Shown here: one piece after another, positions 28,181-32,801 of the stretch
Layout: every line of letters starts with the position of its first letter
Numbering within the stretch: position 1 is the first letter of the stretch
IMG/VR virus record: IMGVR_UViG_3300030376_003488
Coordinates: 1-32,801 of that record
DNA from: a virus
Taxonomy: Duplodnaviria > Caudoviricetes
DNA length: 32,801 bases
Reading direction: 5' to 3' (one strand)
Program-made: the position numbers and the translations under genes
Notes under the pieces: model-generated
What the model saw: the letters and a program-made list of their open reading frames with translations, nothing else
Told to the model about the DNA's origin: nothing
Database searches by the model: none

Positions 28181-29038
28181 ATGGCACAACCAAACACTAG
28201 ACAGGGACTAATAGATTACGGGAAACGCCAGTTGGGTGCTCCTGTACTTGAGATCAATATTGCTGAAGAGCAGTATGATGATCTAATAGATGATGCTATA
28301 CAGAGATTTCAAGATCGTCATATGGATGGTGTTGAACTTGTGTATATGAAGCATAAGGTTACTGAAGAATTTATTAATACTATACAGGCAAGTAATCAAG
28401 ATGGTGCTGAACATGGTGTTGGTATTACTACTACAACTAGTCCTAGTGTAGACATTACTGGTTTAGGTACTACTACCTTTGGGTTTGTAGAGAACCAGAA
28501 TTTTATTCAAGTACCAGATGCTGTTATAGGTATTGAGAAAGTTTGGAAGGTTGATAGTCGTGCTATAAGTTCTAATATGTTCAACGTAACATATCAGATA
28601 TTCTTGAATGAAATATATTACTTTAGTTCTATGGAACTATTGAGTTATACTCAAACTAAGAGATGGTTAGAAGATATTGATTTCATATTACATCCAGACA
28701 AACAGATAAGATTCAACAGAAGACAAGGTAGGTTGTATATCGATGCTGACTATTCTAGTATGAAGGAAGATGATTATATTATCATTCAGTGCTGGAGGAT
28801 GTTAGATCCTAATGACTACACCAAGGTTTATAATGATCCATTCTTGAAGAAGTACTTCACTGCATTGTTGAAGAAACAGTGGGGTTCAAATATGATGAAG
28901 TTCAAGGGTACTAAACTTCCTGGTGGAGTGGAACTCAATGGACGTGAAATTTATGATGAAGGTATAAAAGAATTAGAAAGATTAGAAGAACGTATGCAGT
29001 GGGAATATGAAATGCCAGTACTTGATCTAATAGGATAA
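28181..29038 (+). CDS. g13: Neck protein gp13
   Basis: RQGLIDYGKRQLGAPVLEINI and FLKKYFTALLKKQWGSNMMKFKGTKLPGGVELNGREIYDEG motifs. Confidence 0.95.
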   Translation: MAQPNTRQGLIDYGKRQLGAPVLEINIAEEQYDDLIDDAIQRFQDRHMDGVELVYMKHKVTEEFINTIQASNQDGAEHGVGITTTTSPSVDITGLGTTTFGFVENQNFIQVPDAVIGIEKVWKVDSRAISSNMFNVTYQIFLNEIYYFSSMELLSYTQTKRWLEDIDFILHPDKQIRFNRRQGRLYIDADYSSMKEDDYIIIQCWRMLDPNDYTKVYNDPFLKKYFTALLKKQWGSNMMKFKGTKLPGGVELNGREIYDEGIKELERLEERMQWEYEMPVLDLIG

Positions 29039-30399
29039 TGCCTTTAAATCCTTTCTTTTTACAAGGCAGTAAAGGTGAACAGAATCTCGTTCAGGATTTG
29101 ACGAACGAGCATATTAGAATGCATGGAATTGAGTTCATATACATGCCTCGTAGTATTGTCAAACAGGCTGATGTTATACGAGAAATTACAAGTACCGAGT
29201 TTGATAAATCATTTCCTATAGAGGGATATATTGCATCATACGAAGGTTTTGATTCTGGATATAATTTACTTACAAAATTTGGTGTAAGGTCTACAGCAGA
29301 GATGAAAATAGTCATCTCAATAGAAAGATATAATGAAGGTATTGCTCCTTTATTAGATCAGGAAAGACCTTATGAAGGTGACTTGATGTATTTCCCATTG
29401 AGGGATATTATCTTTGAGATAAAATATGTCAATGATCTAGTAAACTTCTATCAGTTACAAGACAGATATACATACGAACTTACTTGTGAACCCTTCGAAT
29501 ACGAAGATGAAAAAATTGATACTGGTATTGAATCTATTGACGATGATTTTGAGACTGCTGGTTATAACGTAACAATGATACTTGGTTCTGATGGTACTAC
29601 TGCTACTGCTACAGCACCTATAGTGAATGGTGGTATCTATAAGATTGATATTATCAATGGTGGTACAGGATTTACTAATGCTCCCACCGTAAAAATAGAT
29701 CCTCCAGTAGGTATAGGAACTAGTGCTACAGCAGTTGCAATAACTTCTACTACAGGAACAAGGAACTTTAGTACTTTACGAATTGATCGTATAGAGATTA
29801 CCAATCCTGGTGCTGGATATACTAATGTACCTAATGTACAATTCTTGACAGAAGATGGTAATGGTACTGGAGCGTCTGCTGTTGCAGGTCTTGGTACTGT
29901 TGGTGTAATGGGACCAGTTACTCTAACTACTGCTGGTGCTGGTTATATATTACCTCCACTGATAGAAGTAACTTCTGCACCATCAGGAGGACAGACAGGT
30001 ATACTTACATCTAAGATCAATACTACAACAAATAAAGTTACTGAGGTTAAGGTTCTAAGTGCAGGTTATGGATATACCGTAGCACCAACAATTACGATAG
30101 GTGCTGCAAGTACTACTGGTACTGGAGAATTCCTATATGGAAAAATGATTACTGGTGCGTCTAGTCTTACCACTGCTTTTGTTGCTCAGTGGGATAAACC
30201 TAATAGAACATTACGTGCTAAGAATTTATCTGGAAACTTTGCAGTTGGTGAGCAGATTACTAGTGGTAATGCAATCTATAGGCTAGATAGTATAGACTAT
30301 AATGATGACGATAACTTTGAATCTGGTGATGAAATTCAAACTTATTCTGATTCTAGTATTCTAGACTTTACAGAAGTAAACCCATTTGGTGAGGTATAA
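29038..30399 (+). CDS. g14: Neck protein gp14 (with inserted GxG(Y/F)xxxP repeats)
   Basis: LNPFFLQGSKGEQNLVQDL, RPYEGDLMYFP, FYQL...YELTCEPFEYEDE and terminal DFTEVNPFGE. Confidence 0.95.
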   Translation: MPLNPFFLQGSKGEQNLVQDLTNEHIRMHGIEFIYMPRSIVKQADVIREITSTEFDKSFPIEGYIASYEGFDSGYNLLTKFGVRSTAEMKIVISIERYNEGIAPLLDQERPYEGDLMYFPLRDIIFEIKYVNDLVNFYQLQDRYTYELTCEPFEYEDEKIDTGIESIDDDFETAGYNVTMILGSDGTTATATAPIVNGGIYKIDIINGGTGFTNAPTVKIDPPVGIGTSATAVAITSTTGTRNFSTLRIDRIEITNPGAGYTNVPNVQFLTEDGNGTGASAVAGLGTVGVMGPVTLTTAGAGYILPPLIEVTSAPSGGQTGILTSKINTTTNKVTEVKVLSAGYGYTVAPTITIGAASTTGTGEFLYGKMITGASSLTTAFVAQWDKPNRTLRAKNLSGNFAVGEQITSGNAIYRLDSIDYNDDDNFESGDEIQTYSDSSILDFTEVNPFGEV

Positions 30400-31454
30400 T
30401 GTTAGGAGAGTATTTTTACAATGAGACAGTACGTAAAACAGTTATTGCCTTTGGTACACTGTTCAATAATATACGTATAAAGAAATTTGCTAGTGATGGT
30501 AAATCTATTTCTCAAATAAAAGTTCCAATTGCTTATGGACCTATTCAAAGGTTCTTGGCAAGGATTGAACAACAAACAAATTTTGATGATAACGTTGCTA
30601 TATCATTACCTAGATTGGCATTTGAATTGACATCATATAGTTATGATCCATCAAGGAAAGCAGCACCAATAACAAAGTTTACAAGTCAGAATTCATCAGC
30701 AAAGAATAAGACTAAGAAAATGTATCTTCCCGTACCCTACGATGTTGGGTTTAGGTTGAGTTTTGCATGTAAGTTGCAGGATGATGCATTGCAGATTATA
30801 GAACAAATTTTACCACAGTTCCAACCTTCTTTTCAAGTGACAGTCAATATGTTAGAAGGTATTGAAGAGAAAAGGGACATACCTTTTACTCTAAGGAATG
30901 TTGGATTTAGTGATGAGTATGAAGGAGATTTTTCAAATAGAAGATTTATACAATATGATTTAGACTTTGTTGCTAAAACATACTTCTATCAGAAAGTTCC
31001 TACCGATGCTTCTGGAATTATCAAGAAGGCAACTATCGATTACTCTACTTCTATCCGAGCACCAAGAGCACAGCGTTACACTGTTGTACCTGCAGCAGTC
31101 AAAGATTACAATGATGATACTGCAGCAGCATTGACTGATACAGTTGAAGTCAATAAGACTTTAGTCAAAGTAAATTCTGCTGCTTCATTATCTACAGGAA
31201 CATATATTCAAGTCAACTCTGAGGTCATGAGGATCATGGAGATTGATGGTACTAATGTTATTGTTAGAAGAGGTCAATATGGAAGTAAGGTTGCTGAACA
31301 TTTCAGTGGAGATACTATTAGTCAGGTAGATGCTGTTGATTCAGCAGCGATTGAAATTGGTGATGAGTTTGGATTTACTGAAACAAGATCCTTCTTTGAT
31401 AACGATGGTCAGCAAATGAGTAGTACAACTGGTACTGATGTAGACGTTCAGTGA
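30399..31454 (+). CDS. g15: Tail sheath stabilizer and completion protein gp15 with C-terminal extension
   Basis: YFYNETVRKTVIAFGTLFNNI, KVPIAYGP, LPRLAFE, PVPYD, DDALQIIEQILPQFQP. Confidence 0.95.
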   Translation: MLGEYFYNETVRKTVIAFGTLFNNIRIKKFASDGKSISQIKVPIAYGPIQRFLARIEQQTNFDDNVAISLPRLAFELTSYSYDPSRKAAPITKFTSQNSSAKNKTKKMYLPVPYDVGFRLSFACKLQDDALQIIEQILPQFQPSFQVTVNMLEGIEEKRDIPFTLRNVGFSDEYEGDFSNRRFIQYDLDFVAKTYFYQKVPTDASGIIKKATIDYSTSIRAPRAQRYTVVPAAVKDYNDDTAAALTDTVEVNKTLVKVNSAASLSTGTYIQVNSEVMRIMEIDGTNVIVRRGQYGSKVAEHFSGDTISQVDAVDSAAIEIGDEFGFTETRSFFDNDGQQMSSTTGTDVDVQ

Positions 31455-31456
31455 CT

Positions 31457-31705
31457 ATGACATCTAAGAAACCATTACATAATTTACCACTTGATGAGTG
31501 GTTTGATGATCATTGGATGCCTGAACTAGGTGATCCACAACACCCCTATGATGATTGGCCTATGGCAACCGATCCTAACGAAAATCCCAGACCTGAAGAA
31601 GAAGCAGCAGATATACATCAGGAGATGTATAAGATTGCAACTGCTAAATATAATCCCTTCTCTGTAGGTGGGTCAGAGAACATCCATGACTTTGATAAGA
31701 ACTAA
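31457..31705 (+). CDS. Acidic, Pro-rich hypothetical protein
   Basis: Fills the gp15-gp16 gap, with its stop coupled (TAATG) to gp16. The start is either GTG 31451 or ATG 31457. Confidence 0.65.
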   Translation: MTSKKPLHNLPLDEWFDDHWMPELGDPQHPYDDWPMATDPNENPRPEEEAADIHQEMYKIATAKYNPFSVGGSENIHDFDKN

Positions 31706-32112
31706 TGAAAGAACCGTATGATGCTATAGATAAAGCTCTTGATGTGAAATCAGAGATTGTCAAAGAAAAGAGAAAACTGTCTCAAGTTAGATCTGATTTA
31801 TCTGAAGATCCTCAAAAGGATTATGAGTATAGTAGAGGACAACTCTATAACCTTGTAGAGAAAGGACAGGAGGCTGTCAATGGTATATTAGATGTATGTC
31901 AAGATTCACAGCATCCAAGAGCATATGAAGTTGCTGGTCAACTTATCAAGCATGTTGCAGATACTACAGATAAGTTAATAGATCTGCAAAAGAAAATGAA
32001 AGATATCAATGAAGATAGTGGTCCAAAAAATGTTACCAATAACTCATTGTTTGTGGGTAGTACTTCAGATCTTCAGAAAATGCTAAAGGAGATGAGTAAG
32101 AAAGCTAAATAA
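31705..32112 (+). CDS. g16: Terminase small subunit gp16
   Basis: KDYEYSRGQLYNLVEKGQEA, HPRAYEVAGQLIK, NNSLFVGSTSDLQKMLK. Confidence 0.95.
   Translation: MKEPYDAIDKALDVKSEIVKEKRKLSQVRSDLSEDPQKDYEYSRGQLYNLVEKGQEAVNGILDVCQDSQHPRAYEVAGQLIKHVADTTDKLIDLQKKMKDINEDSGPKNVTNNSLFVGSTSDLQKMLKEMSKKAK
32105..32111 (+). promoter_or_regulatory. Late promoter core CTAAATA
   Basis: Overlaps the gp16 stop, 5 nt before the ATG at 32117. Confidence 0.6.
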
Positions 32113-32116
32113 TCTT

Positions 32117-32752
32117 ATGGAAAATTCTATTCTACAAAAGGACATCATCAAAAGTGGTGTAATAGATTATCTTAATTCAGTTTCTGAAGATGTTGGAAGG
32201 TTTGATAAACTTGTCAAGGCTGTAAGGAATACTCCTGATCTTAGTAAGATCAAGAGTGCTAAGTTACTTAAAATTGCTGGAAAGATTAGAGGTATAAAAG
32301 AATCTCGTGTGATGAATAGTTCATCCATTGAGAAGTCTGGTCCTACCATAGATGTAAAAGCAACTGAAGTAAAAGATAAAAAGAAAGAAGATAAGAAAAA
32401 GAATGGTGCTATTGTCAAGTCTAAAGGTTCATCCTTAGCAAATCGTGGTAATAAAAATACTGAAGTGAAGGATGAAAGAAAACCAAAACCTTATAGAGAT
32501 AGTAATAAGAAAAAAGATAAGGGTAAACCTGTGAATTGGAAGAAGGCAAGAGAAAAAGCTCGTGATGTAGCTGGTGCAGCAGTCAAGGCAACTAAGGCTG
32601 CTGCTGGTGGTTTTGCTGCTGGTTTTGATCCAAGTCAGAATGTAAAGGAAGAAGTATCCAGAAGAAAGAAACCCTCTGCTATTCGTAAACAGAAGAAACT
32701 AGCGAAAGCATTATCAACATTAAAATATAAAAAGGAAAAGATGGTAAAATAA
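32117..32752 (+). CDS. Lysine-rich hypothetical protein between g16 and g17
   Basis: 211-aa ORF filling the gap exactly; highly basic and low-complexity. Confidence 0.7.
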   Translation: MENSILQKDIIKSGVIDYLNSVSEDVGRFDKLVKAVRNTPDLSKIKSAKLLKIAGKIRGIKESRVMNSSSIEKSGPTIDVKATEVKDKKKEDKKKNGAIVKSKGSSLANRGNKNTEVKDERKPKPYRDSNKKKDKGKPVNWKKAREKARDVAGAAVKATKAAAGGFAAGFDPSQNVKEEVSRRKKPSAIRKQKKLAKALSTLKYKKEKMVK

Positions 32753-32801
32753 ATGGCAGCAAAAAGTGACATCTATCTTGGTAATCCGAATCTAAAGAAG
32801 G
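32753..32801 (+). CDS. g17: Terminase large subunit gp17, N-terminal fragment (3'-truncated by the window edge)
   Basis: ATG at 32753 gives MAAKSDIYLGNPNLKK. YLGNPNLK is the conserved gp17 N-terminal motif, and the gene is in the expected position. Confidence 0.85.
   Translation, partial: MAAKSDIYLGNPNLKK

Noticed and set aside
1-32801. CRISPR array, tRNA, intron/intein, homing endonuclease or diversity-generating retroelement
   Set aside because: By eye there is no spaced repeat array, no intergenic room for RNA genes, no reverse transcriptase or endonuclease motifs, and no template/variable repeat pair. A self dot-plot would be needed to exclude weak repeats.

Overview
AT-rich, gene-dense segment of a T4-like marine myophage, most consistent with a cyanomyophage of the Prochlorococcus/Synechococcus type. 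It covers the late structural block: a 5'-truncated giant gp7-like baseplate wedge protein that appears split by a frameshift near 7384, a second large baseplate-type protein, gp8, a 2360-aa VrlC/DUF4815-like protein, fibre-like genes, gp13, gp14, gp15, gp16 and the first codons of gp17. T4-type late promoter cores (A/C)TAAATA precede most operons. The main non-structural signal is a roughly 2.7-kb enzyme cassette inserted between two fibre genes (22055-24752). It encodes a class I SAM methyltransferase, a ferritin-like di-iron carboxylate protein with highly-expressed-type codon usage, and, on the opposite strand, two paralogous sulfotransferase-fold proteins with an atypical GPQGSGNH loop. 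The pair is preceded by a perfect extended -10 element placed back-to-back with a late promoter and two GTATATAC-core palindromes. All family assignments come from motif recognition by eye, not database searches.
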